DNA of 24,000 bases from an uncultured Candidatus Saccharibacteria bacterium (GCA_937859515.1 CALMAK010000018.1:16215-40214); one strand, 5' to 3'. Shown: positions 16,856 to 23,600, numbered from the stretch's first letter. Made by a program: numbers and translations. The notes: generated from the sequence alone by a model not told the origin.

Positions 16856-17707
16856 TTATTCTTCGGTTTCGGGGGTGTAGTTTTTGCTTCTATAGAGCCC
16901 TGAACCAGAATCCACCGCAGTCCATAGTTGTTGCGCTGTTACAGTGTCGCCATCAGGCGAAACGAGGGTGTAGTTCGCAAATACACTGCCATTTTGTTCG
17001 TGAACGTATTTGTTAATTGATTGCAGTGTCATATTTTGTGGCTCAATACTACCGTTACGAATGCCCTCAATGATTGAAGTTAATTCCTGTCGTGAATCAC
17101 TGTTTGGCGCCGTAACACACTCAGTGAGATTATAGGAGACCTCGAGGTTTCGCGGATCAGTGTCATCGGCGGCAAGTGCGAGGATCATATTTTGGCGCCC
17201 AACCATAGAATTAACGAACTCCTCGCCATTAGTAGCAAGATTCTCACCGTTACTATCAACTTCCCAGCCATTTTCTACATTTATCTCTAAGCCATTCGTC
17301 TCAAAAAAATTGTAGCAGATAGAACGCTTTGAGCCTGGGAATCTGAGGTCGTAAGTATCCTCCTCTAGGCTGCTTCCGCCGGGAATAGTAAAACTCGTTA
17401 TATCATCCCAGTCAGCAAAGGCATCATAGTCAACCTCAAGCCCAGAAGGCACACCTACAAACTCGCCAGCCGCTGGGGTGGTTGGTGTAGTATCAGGGCT
17501 GTTGGGTTGTTCTGTAGGGTCTTGTGATGCAGATATTGAAGGCTGTTCAGTCGGTGGCTGTTCCTGTGCACCGGTATTAGAGCATGCAACTAATGCGACT
17601 GCAGTTAATGCTGCAATAACCGGCACGCCAGCGCTGCGCAGTAATCGCTCGCGTAAGGTTGAGTCGTTGTCGGTTCGTGGACTTTTGCTACCATGTTCAG
17701 ATGCCAT
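16856..17707 (-). CDS. Putative lipoprotein; first gene of the T4SS-like operon
   Basis: The signal peptide carries a lipobox (VIAALTAVALVAC|SNT). A Pro/Thr/Gln-rich linker precedes an acidic globular domain. A strong SD (AAGGAG) lies upstream of the ATG at 17705-17707. Confidence 0.75.
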   Translation of the reverse strand: MASEHGSKSPRTDNDSTLRERLLRSAGVPVIAALTAVALVACSNTGAQEQPPTEQPSISASQDPTEQPNSPDTTPTTPAAGEFVGVPSGLEVDYDAFADWDDITSFTIPGGSSLEEDTYDLRFPGSKRSICYNFFETNGLEINVENGWEVDSNGENLATNGEEFVNSMVGRQNMILALAADDTDPRNLEVSYNLTECVTAPNSDSRQELTSIIEGIRNGSIEPQNMTLQSINKYVHEQNGSVFANYTLVSPDGDTVTAQQLWTAVDSGSGLYRSKNYTPETEE

Positions 17708-17741
17708 TATAGGGAGTCTCCTTCTTATTAAAGATGTTACT

Positions 17742-17770
17742 ATTATACATCAAAATTGCAAATATTGCAA
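17742..17770 (-). promoter_or_regulatory. Sigma70-type promoter for the minus-strand T4SS-like operon
   Basis: Read on the minus strand, the sequence is TTGCAA (17770-17765), a 17-nt spacer, then TATAAT (17747-17742). This sits about 35 nt upstream of the lipoprotein ATG, with the SD in between. Confidence 0.55.
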
Positions 17771-17827
17771 TACCTCTTGTGATTTTTATTGCCTGAGGCG
17801 CGGTTATGTTGTATCGTGATAGTAGCT

Positions 17828-18235
17828 ATGAATAAAAAACACATATTATATATAACAATAACGACATTAACACTTGGTCTTGCGACTCTTTTGACGCCAA
17901 TTGCCCCCACTGCCGCGGCGGCTGATTTAGAGTGTGGCGTTTTGCCTTCTTCTCTCTGTAATGCTGCTACAAAGGGCGACAAAGATAAAATTGAGGATAC
18001 GGGCGTTTGGAAATTACTGAAACTGGTCGTAAACATCATGACTGCAGGTGCGGGTATTCTAGCCATCGCTGGCATTATATATGGATCGGTGATGTATACG
18101 ACCGCAGGCGGCAATCAGGAGCAAGTTAAGAAAGCCCGAGGTATCCTAACGAATGTGGTGATTGGTGTTATTGCGTTTGCTGCCATGTGGGCGCTACTGC
18201 AATGGCTATTGCCAGGAGGGGTATTAAATAAATGA
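17828..18235 (+). CDS. VirB2/TrbC-like T4SS pilin paralogue 1
   Basis: The ORF-track start at 17789 is a TTG. The ATG at 17828 gives MNKKHILYITITTLTLGLATLLTPIAPTAAAA|D, a signal peptide. The mature part has a Cys pair, then two hydrophobic helices joined by YGSVMYTTAGGNQEQVKKAR, the layout shared with the other paralogues. Confidence 0.75.
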   Translation: MNKKHILYITITTLTLGLATLLTPIAPTAAAADLECGVLPSSLCNAATKGDKDKIEDTGVWKLLKLVVNIMTAGAGILAIAGIIYGSVMYTTAGGNQEQVKKARGILTNVVIGVIAFAAMWALLQWLLPGGVLNK

Positions 18236-18921
18236 GAAAAATCTTACTTACCGTCGGGATAGTGTTTGCGGGATTATTTGGTGGAATGGTAGGTATGGTT
18301 GCTCTTCCGTCGGGTCAAGCCGCCGCCGCCTGTGATACTGCAGTTTTAGGTATTAACCCATGGTATAAGGGGATGACTGAAGGAACGGGTTCTGACTGTA
18401 AGATAAAAAGTCCTCCAAAGACTGAGCAAGGATTAAAGGAATATATCTGGAAGATTGTCCTCAATGTTGTTGACATTGTATTAAGGGTCATTGCATATCT
18501 CGCGGTGATATTTATCATATATGGAGGATTCTTATATATTACGAGTGCTGGCAACTCTGATGCGACAGCACGAGCCTTAAAGTCGATCATCAATGCATCT
18601 GTTGGCTTTGCAATTGCCCTTAGCGCGATCGCTGTAAAGAATTTCATATGGGACAGTTTGGTTGCACCTGGGTCGAACGTCTTTGGTATACCAGATAAAA
18701 ATGCGGGTCAAATACTAATTGATGCATTAAATATGTCCTACTTTATTGCTGGTGTCGTTGCGGTGATTATGGTAATTCTTGGTGGATTAAATTACGTAAC
18801 ATCATCTGGTGACTCAGGTAAGACAGCGAAGGCAAAAAATACAATCCTATATGCGGTGATTGGTATTGTAGTGATTATCTTTGCATTTGCGATTACGACA
18901 TTTATTAATTCGAAATTATAA
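18232..18921 (+). CDS. Tandem double-domain VirB2/TrbC-like pilin (paralogue 2)
   Basis: The start overlaps the upstream stop in an ATGA (18232-18235). The signal peptide ends in QAAAA|C. Two successive copies of the helix-loop-helix module are present: IIYGGFLYITSAGNSDATARALKSI... and VILGGLNYVTSSGDSGKTAKAKNTILYAVIGIVVIIFAFA. Confidence 0.75.
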   Translation: MRKILLTVGIVFAGLFGGMVGMVALPSGQAAAACDTAVLGINPWYKGMTEGTGSDCKIKSPPKTEQGLKEYIWKIVLNVVDIVLRVIAYLAVIFIIYGGFLYITSAGNSDATARALKSIINASVGFAIALSAIAVKNFIWDSLVAPGSNVFGIPDKNAGQILIDALNMSYFIAGVVAVIMVILGGLNYVTSSGDSGKTAKAKNTILYAVIGIVVIIFAFAITTFINSKL

Positions 18922-18932
18922 GGAGATATATA

Positions 18933-19331
18933 ATGAAGAAACTAAAACAATTATTACTCCCTGCCCTGTTGGTGGTAGGTATCGCCGCATCTGTGGCGGT
19001 GCCAGTAGTGCCAGTAAGTGCGGCAGATCTTGACCCTTGTACGCTCAATCCTGGAATGTGTACCGGCAAGAAGACTGATGTAAATGACATCTTTAAGACG
19101 ATTGTAAACGTCTTGTTGTTTATTGTTGGTGTAATTGCGGTGATTATGATTATTGTGTCGGGTGTACGTTATACGGCATCGGCAGGTAATGCAAACAGCG
19201 TTGCCGCAGCAAAAAACACGCTATTATATTCGATTATCGGCCTCGTAGTGGCGATTTTTGCCTATGCAATTGTCAATTACATTGTGTTTAAGGCAAGTGG
19301 TGGCACATCAGGAGTGAATCCTGGGGCGTAA
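18933..19331 (+). CDS. VirB2/TrbC-like T4SS pilin paralogue 3
   Basis: A strong SD (AAGGAG) lies 8 nt upstream. The signal peptide ends in VPVSA|AD. A Cys pair is present (CTLNPGMC), and the core is IIVSGVRYTASAGNANSVAAAKNTLLYSIIGLVVAIFAYAIVN. Confidence 0.8.
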   Translation: MKKLKQLLLPALLVVGIAASVAVPVVPVSAADLDPCTLNPGMCTGKKTDVNDIFKTIVNVLLFIVGVIAVIMIIVSGVRYTASAGNANSVAAAKNTLLYSIIGLVVAIFAYAIVNYIVFKASGGTSGVNPGA

Positions 19332-19402
19332 TCTGTTCACAAGCGTAATAGAATGTGATATAACATAAGGTATAGTTCAATAATATGAAAGGAAAGAAAT
19401 AA

Positions 19403-19816
19403 ATGAAGAAAACAATTCGAACTGCACTTGCGGGGTTGTTGATGGTTCCAGTCCTTGCACTAGGTTTGACTGTTACAGCAGGAACCCTCGATGCCGCCGC
19501 AGGAACCCTCGATGCCGCTGCACAGATCAACTTGAACGCAGCAAAGCCAAATGGCGTACCAACAAGTGTTGGTGGAACAAACGGTATTTTTAATACCGTT
19601 GTAAACGTCCTATTGTTCATCATCGGTGCTGTGTCTGTCGTGATGCTTATTTACGGAGGTATTCGTTATACAACCTCTGGTGGTAATGCAAACAGCGTTA
19701 CTGCGGCTAAGAACACGATTATGTATGCGATTATCGGTCTTGTTATCGCTATCTTTGCCTACGCACTTGTCAACTGGGTTGTTGGTGCAGCAATGAACGG
19801 AAACACTACTACTTAG
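19403..19816 (+). CDS. VirB2/TrbC-like T4SS pilin paralogue 4
   Basis: It has a signal peptide and the core LIYGGIRYTTSGGNANSVTAAKNTIMYAIIGLVIAIFAYALVN. It shares an identical 18-nt block (ggtaatgcaaacagcgtt) with paralogue 3. Confidence 0.8.
   Translation: MKKTIRTALAGLLMVPVLALGLTVTAGTLDAAAGTLDAAAQINLNAAKPNGVPTSVGGTNGIFNTVVNVLLFIIGAVSVVMLIYGGIRYTTSGGNANSVTAAKNTIMYAIIGLVIAIFAYALVNWVVGAAMNGNTTT
19478..19519 (+). repeat. Tandem 21-bp duplication inside pilin paralogue 4 (encodes AGTLDAA twice)
   Basis: gcaggaaccctcgatgccgcc (19478-19498) is followed directly by gcaggaaccctcgatgccgct (19499-19519). The two units match at 20 of 21 positions and are in frame. Confidence 0.9.
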
Positions 19817-19836
19817 TAGAGGGTACGTGGTATCGC

Positions 19837-19872
19837 AATACTCCCCTTCATTACGAAGGGGAGTATTTTATT
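19837..19872 (+). terminator. Rho-independent terminator of the pilin operon
   Basis: aatactcccctt (19837-19848) pairs with aaggggagtatt (19856-19867). A T-rich run follows, 21 nt after the pilin-4 stop. Confidence 0.75.
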
Positions 19873-19886
19873 AGAATTGTGCATAT

Positions 19887-19918
19887 AAAAACACCCTCGG
19901 ATGAGCGAGGGTGTTTTT
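19887..19918 (-). terminator. Terminator of hsp20 (structurally bidirectional)
   Basis: aaaaacaccctcg (19887-19899) pairs with cgagggtgttttt (19906-19918). A/T runs on both sides give a U-tract in either direction. It lies 15 nt beyond the hsp20 stop. Confidence 0.75.
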
Positions 19919-19932
19919 GCTATCAAGTCGAT

Positions 19933-20403
19933 TTATAGTACTTGAATCTTCTTTGCTTGCTCTTGCTGTACCTTCGGGAAGGTAATTGAAAGAACGCCGT
20001 CCTTCAGTGAAGCCTGAGCCTCATCTTCCTTTACTGGGACTGGCAAGGCAACGGTGCGGCTGAACTCACCCCAGTAGCATTCTTGGATGTGCCAGTTGGT
20101 TGCGTCAGTGTCGTCACCACTTGACAGGGTACCACTGACGGTTAGGATGCCGTCGCTGATGCTAACATCAAGATCCTCTTTGTTGACGCCGGCAGTACGT
20201 GCCTTAACAACAAGAGTTCCCTCTGTCTCGTATACATCAACAGCGAGCTGTCCAGGAAACTCGTCGTCAGCTTCTTCCCATGCATCATCAGCGGGTGCTG
20301 GTGCTACGGTTGGTTGCTCATCGGTCGTTGCAAAGTCGTCATTTAGAAACGCTTGTGCAAGCTCATCTTCGATCAAGAGATCGTCATTTTGTTTACGGGC
20401 CAT
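19933..20403 (-). CDS. Small heat-shock protein, Hsp20/alpha-crystallin family
   Basis: The alpha-crystallin domain pattern is present: LAVDVYETEGTLVVKARTAGVNKEDLDVSISDGILTVSG...GEFSRTVALPVPV...ASLKDGVLSITFPK. I prefer the ATG at 20401-20403 because GGAGGA lies 5 nt upstream. The ORF-track start at 20415 is a GTG that partly overlaps that SD. Confidence 0.88.
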   Translation of the reverse strand: MARKQNDDLLIEDELAQAFLNDDFATTDEQPTVAPAPADDAWEEADDEFPGQLAVDVYETEGTLVVKARTAGVNKEDLDVSISDGILTVSGTLSSGDDTDATNWHIQECYWGEFSRTVALPVPVKEDEAQASLKDGVLSITFPKVQQEQAKKIQVL

Positions 20404-20510
20404 GATATCCTCCACTTTTCTCTAGGCTCTATTGACAAATAGTCTCTATCAGTATAACCGAGTATTACGCTATAATCAACCTTAGAAAGGCGCGAAACGT
20501 AAAAATCACA

Positions 20511-21176
20511 ATGATAGATAAAGTGCTGTCGTTTTTTGCCCCACACCACTGTTATTTTTGTGGACAAGTGGGGGTGCCAATATGCAAAAATTGTAAATAT
20601 AACATCATTAGTGACCCATTTGAAAGATGTATTGGCTGCGGAGGTGTGGCGCTGCCCAGTGGCTTGTGCGGCAGATGTACCGTTCCTTATGGGCGTGGAT
20701 GGGTAGTGGATGGCTATAAGGGTCCGATGGGTGATGCAATCAAGGGGATGAAGATTGTATCGATGCGCCAAGTGGCGACAGTGCTGGGCGAAATATTAGC
20801 AAGTAGGTTACCGCGGCTTCCCTCTCATGTGGTGATCGTGCCTGTGCCAACCCTGCGGTCGCATATCCGACAAAGAGGGTTTGATCATACGAGAATAATT
20901 GCCACGACCGCCTCACGTCACCTGAAGATACCTGTTGAGTTCCCCCTGCGACGCATTAGTAAAACAATGCAGCGAGGAGCAACTGGGGTGCAGCGCTATC
21001 AGCAAGCGAAGGAGGCGTTTCGTGTAGAGGGTGTCATTAACCCCGATACAATTTATCTGCTGGTTGATGATGTAGTGACGACCGGTGCAACGATTCGCGA
21101 GGCGACCAAGCGGCTGCGTGAGGCGGGCGCCAAAGAGGTTTGGGTGGCGGTCCTAGCGCGCGAGACCCTCGACTAA
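20511..21176 (+). CDS. comF: ComF-family protein (zinc-ribbon + phosphoribosyltransferase fold; ComFC-like)
   Basis: The N-terminus has four Cys pairs (CYFCG...CKNC...CIGCG...CGRC). The C-terminal part carries the PRTase PRPP-binding motif IYLLVDDVVTTGATIREA. Confidence 0.85.
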   Translation: MIDKVLSFFAPHHCYFCGQVGVPICKNCKYNIISDPFERCIGCGGVALPSGLCGRCTVPYGRGWVVDGYKGPMGDAIKGMKIVSMRQVATVLGEILASRLPRLPSHVVIVPVPTLRSHIRQRGFDHTRIIATTASRHLKIPVEFPLRRISKTMQRGATGVQRYQQAKEAFRVEGVINPDTIYLLVDDVVTTGATIREATKRLREAGAKEVWVAVLARETLD

Positions 21177-21213
21177 ACAAGCTATATCTGATAGAATACA
21201 TCAGTAACAATCT

Positions 21214-21338
<125 letters not shown>

Positions 21339-21394
21339 GTTCAGGGGTTTGGAGCGATATCCCTCCCCCCCGATTATCCTGTACACTATACCTA

Positions 21395-22747
21395 ATGCGT
21401 CATTTACGAAACTTTATTGCAACTCACTCTCGCCTGCTGCTATTCATCGGTATCTTCACGATGTTCTTCTTGTGGTCATATATGACACTTGATCCTGATT
21501 TTGGTTGGCATTTACGCTCGGGACAATATTTTATTGAACATGGAATCCCGAGCTATGATATATTCACCTATACCGCCGGGGCGTTTCATTGGGTAAACCA
21601 TGAGTGGCTGAGTGATGTCGTTGTTGCGCTCGTATACGGGGTGGGCTCATTCGAGCTGCTTGCGCTCCTTTATGCGGCTTTGTGGACGTCGGCGTTTGCA
21701 ATCTTAGGTCGGGGCGTTCATGCGGCCTTTTTGGTATCAGGAGCTGTCGCAGTATTGCCATTTGCGGGGGTCCGAGCCCTTACGTGGTCAGTGTTGGGTC
21801 TTGCGCTCCTACATCTTATTATTCGCCAAAGAAACAAAAAGTGGCGACTGGTAATTCCCTTCTTATTTTTGGTATGGGCAAATCTCCATGGCAGCTTTTT
21901 GATTGGAATCGCCTATGGTGGCTGGCAGGTGTTACGCGAAAAATCGTGGCGACTGTTGGTTATTGGTGTGGTGTCGCTGGCGGCTACCTTTATAAACCCT
22001 TATGGCATAGAGATATATACCGAAGTATTTAGAACCATGTTTGATAGTGATCTGCATGCCACAATTATAGAGTGGGCACGGTTTGCGCTGCCGATTAGTG
22101 CAATACCATATACCCTGGTGTGGTTGGGGCTAACCGTGTATCGGAATCGCTGCGACTGGAAGCGATATGTGCAGTTTGAGACCCTCTTGTTTGTTATGGC
22201 GGTGACAAGTATGCGCATGACGCCACTGTTTGTCCTGATGTCACTGCGTGGTTTACAACAGACAGTAAGGGATATCAGTGATGATACACCGAAGAAGTAT
22301 CGATCAAAGCAAGTACAGGCAGCCACTATGGCTGGGGTTATCCTTGTATGCGTTTCTTTGTTGGCACCTGTTGCTGAGAGTGCATCGGGAAATTCGTTAT
22401 CCATCACCTACCCCGAGCGTGCAGTGCAATACCTGACAGAACGTCCATGTAATGGCAATTTGTTCAATAGTTATAATTTTGGTGGATATCTTATCTGGCA
22501 ACTTCCCAACCACAAAGTATATATCGACGGTCGTATGCCAAGTTGGGAGCATGGGGACGGTACCTATATGAAAGATTATTTGCGCATACTAGATGATGAA
22601 TCGTATCGAACTGTACAGTTTAGCCAATATGACATCGGCTGTGTGCTTGTTGAGAACACGGCAATTATTCAAGTGCAACTAAAAGACCAGGGATGGCGCA
22701 CGGTTGTTGATGATGGATACTCGAGCTTGTTGATGCGAGGTAACTAG
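21395..22747 (+). CDS. Polytopic integral membrane protein; possibly a GT-C-type glycosyltransferase or polymerase-like protein (function uncertain)
   Basis: 450 aa with about 10 or more hydrophobic helices. An early loop carries an acidic motif (TLDPDFGWHLRSGQYF), and a soluble domain of about 110 aa lies at the C-terminus. The assignment rests on topology only. Confidence 0.55.
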   Translation: MRHLRNFIATHSRLLLFIGIFTMFFLWSYMTLDPDFGWHLRSGQYFIEHGIPSYDIFTYTAGAFHWVNHEWLSDVVVALVYGVGSFELLALLYAALWTSAFAILGRGVHAAFLVSGAVAVLPFAGVRALTWSVLGLALLHLIIRQRNKKWRLVIPFLFLVWANLHGSFLIGIAYGGWQVLREKSWRLLVIGVVSLAATFINPYGIEIYTEVFRTMFDSDLHATIIEWARFALPISAIPYTLVWLGLTVYRNRCDWKRYVQFETLLFVMAVTSMRMTPLFVLMSLRGLQQTVRDISDDTPKKYRSKQVQAATMAGVILVCVSLLAPVAESASGNSLSITYPERAVQYLTERPCNGNLFNSYNFGGYLIWQLPNHKVYIDGRMPSWEHGDGTYMKDYLRILDDESYRTVQFSQYDIGCVLVENTAIIQVQLKDQGWRTVVDDGYSSLLMRGN

Positions 22748-23145
22748 ACGTTGGTGCCGCCTGCTGTTCCGCCAGTTAGTGAACCGATGACGAAGTTGAC
22801 GATTGCATAAGCAAAGATGGCGATAATAAGACCAACAATTGCGTAAAGGATGGTGTTTTTAGCTGCAGTAACAGCGGCTGCGTTACCACCAGAGATAATG
22901 TAACGCAGGCCACCCCAGATCAGCATAATGACGCTGAGGAAACCGATAATAAATAGCATAGAGTTGACGATTGTTGTCAGTGCGCCGCCGTCTCCGAGAA
23001 GCGTACTGGGCACATCGCTGCCGCGTGCTGCATCAACACCGCCACGGACAGAACCATCAAATGCACTGGCAATAACAGGAGTAAACAGAACAGCACCAAC
23101 CATAAGGGCTGAAGCGGTGAGGGCAAGAAGTAATTTGGTTGTCAT
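22744..23145 (-). CDS. VirB2/TrbC-like T4SS pilin paralogue 5 (orphan copy)
   Basis: The signal peptide is MTTKLLLALTASALMVGAVLFTPVIASA|F. The core LIWGGLRYIISGGNAAAVTAAKNTILYAIVGLIIAIFAYAIVN is nearly identical at protein level to paralogues 3 and 4. AGGAG lies upstream. Confidence 0.8.
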   Translation of the reverse strand: MTTKLLLALTASALMVGAVLFTPVIASAFDGSVRGGVDAARGSDVPSTLLGDGGALTTIVNSMLFIIGFLSVIMLIWGGLRYIISGGNAAAVTAAKNTILYAIVGLIIAIFAYAIVNFVIGSLTGGTAGGTNV

Positions 23146-23183
23146 AAGAGGCGTGCTCCTGTTTTATTATGCAATATAGTTAT

Positions 23184-23234
23184 ATTATAGCAAATTATAC
23201 GTAATTTGTCTACCTTTAACTGTAATCTTATGGT
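23184..23234. promoter_or_regulatory. Back-to-back promoters for pilin 5 (minus) and tRNA-Ser(GCU) (plus) sharing the -35 region
   Basis: On the minus strand: TAGACA (23212-23207), 17 nt, TATAAT (23189-23184), with a second TATAAT at 23199-23194. On the plus strand: TTGTCT (23206-23211), 17 nt, TATGGT (23229-23234). These are motif-level calls only. Confidence 0.4.
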
Positions 23235-23359
23235 ACTATATAGAACGTACTTTACCTTGAAGCCTGTACTGTGGCTAAGGGAAAAGAGCAGCCGGTCCCG
23301 ACGAATTTACTTCGTCGCACCGCGCGATGAGAAAAACCGTAGGTTTATCTCATGTTGCT

Positions 23360-23452
23360 GGAGGAGTACCCAAGTGGCTGAAGGGGACGGTTTGCTAAAT
23401 CGTTAGTCTGGGGAGACCTGGAGCGGGAGTTCGAATCTCCCCTCCTCCGCCA
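23360..23452 (+). tRNA. tRNA-Ser (anticodon GCU), CCA encoded
   Basis: The acceptor stem is GGAGGAG/CTCCTCC. The anticodon stem is ACGGT/ATCGT with loop TTGCTAA. It has a long variable arm. The T arm is GGGAG-TTCGAAT-CTCCC, followed by G-CCA. Confidence 0.87.
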
Positions 23453-23490
23453 AATAAAATTCACGACCTTTATGGTCGTGTATTTTATTT
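23453..23490 (+). terminator. Hairpin terminator after tRNA-Ser(GCU)
   Basis: cacgacc (23462-23468) pairs with ggtcgtg (23474-23480). The stem is extended by aataaaat/attttatt arms and ends in a T-run. Confidence 0.65.
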
Positions 23491-23600
23491 GCCTGGGGTG
23501 AGATCTGAACTCCCGCGTAATTTTGACTTCGTCAAAATTGGCGGCGAGTTCGGCGCAGTGCGTGAAATGAAAAAGTGTTTACATTTTTTCATGAACAAAC

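Noticed and set aside
18233-18235. Possibility of an alternative genetic code (UGA recoded, as in some CPR lineages)
   Set aside because: TGA ends well-defined genes here, for example pilin 1 at 18233-18235 and the type A protein at 6614-6616, each in an ATGA overlap with the next start. No conserved protein in the window is interrupted by an in-frame TGA. The standard bacterial code fits.
19478-19519. Tandem repeat as a possible CRISPR or minisatellite array
   Set aside because: There are only two units with no spacers, and they are in frame inside a pilin CDS. This is a simple duplication. No CRISPR-like array occurs anywhere in the window.
3425-19816. Interpreting the T4SS-like cluster as an integrated conjugative element or plasmid remnant
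   Set aside because: I found no integrase, relaxase, coupling protein, replication gene or flanking direct repeats in the window. Base composition and RBS style look the same as in the flanking housekeeping genes, and the cluster abuts dnaA-dnaN-recF. This cannot be fully excluded without the rest of the genome.
20416-20510. Heat-shock operator (CIRCE/HAIR-type) or clear promoters in the hsp20-comF divergent spacer
   Set aside because: TTGACA (20432-20437) and TATAAT (20471-20476) are present, but they are 33 nt apart and so not a pair. The best partner for TTGACA has only a 15-nt spacer. I found no inverted repeat resembling CIRCE. The evidence is too weak to annotate.
23262-23359. Possible SRP (4.5S) RNA upstream of tRNA-Ser(GCU), because GGGAAAAGAGCAGCC resembles the GGAAGGAAGCAGCC core of SRP helix 8
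   Set aside because: I could not find the complementary 5' strand needed to build helix 8, or the long closing hairpin. For example, there is no GGGACCGGC to pair with GCCGGTCCC. The region is better described as a structured tRNA leader with two local hairpins.
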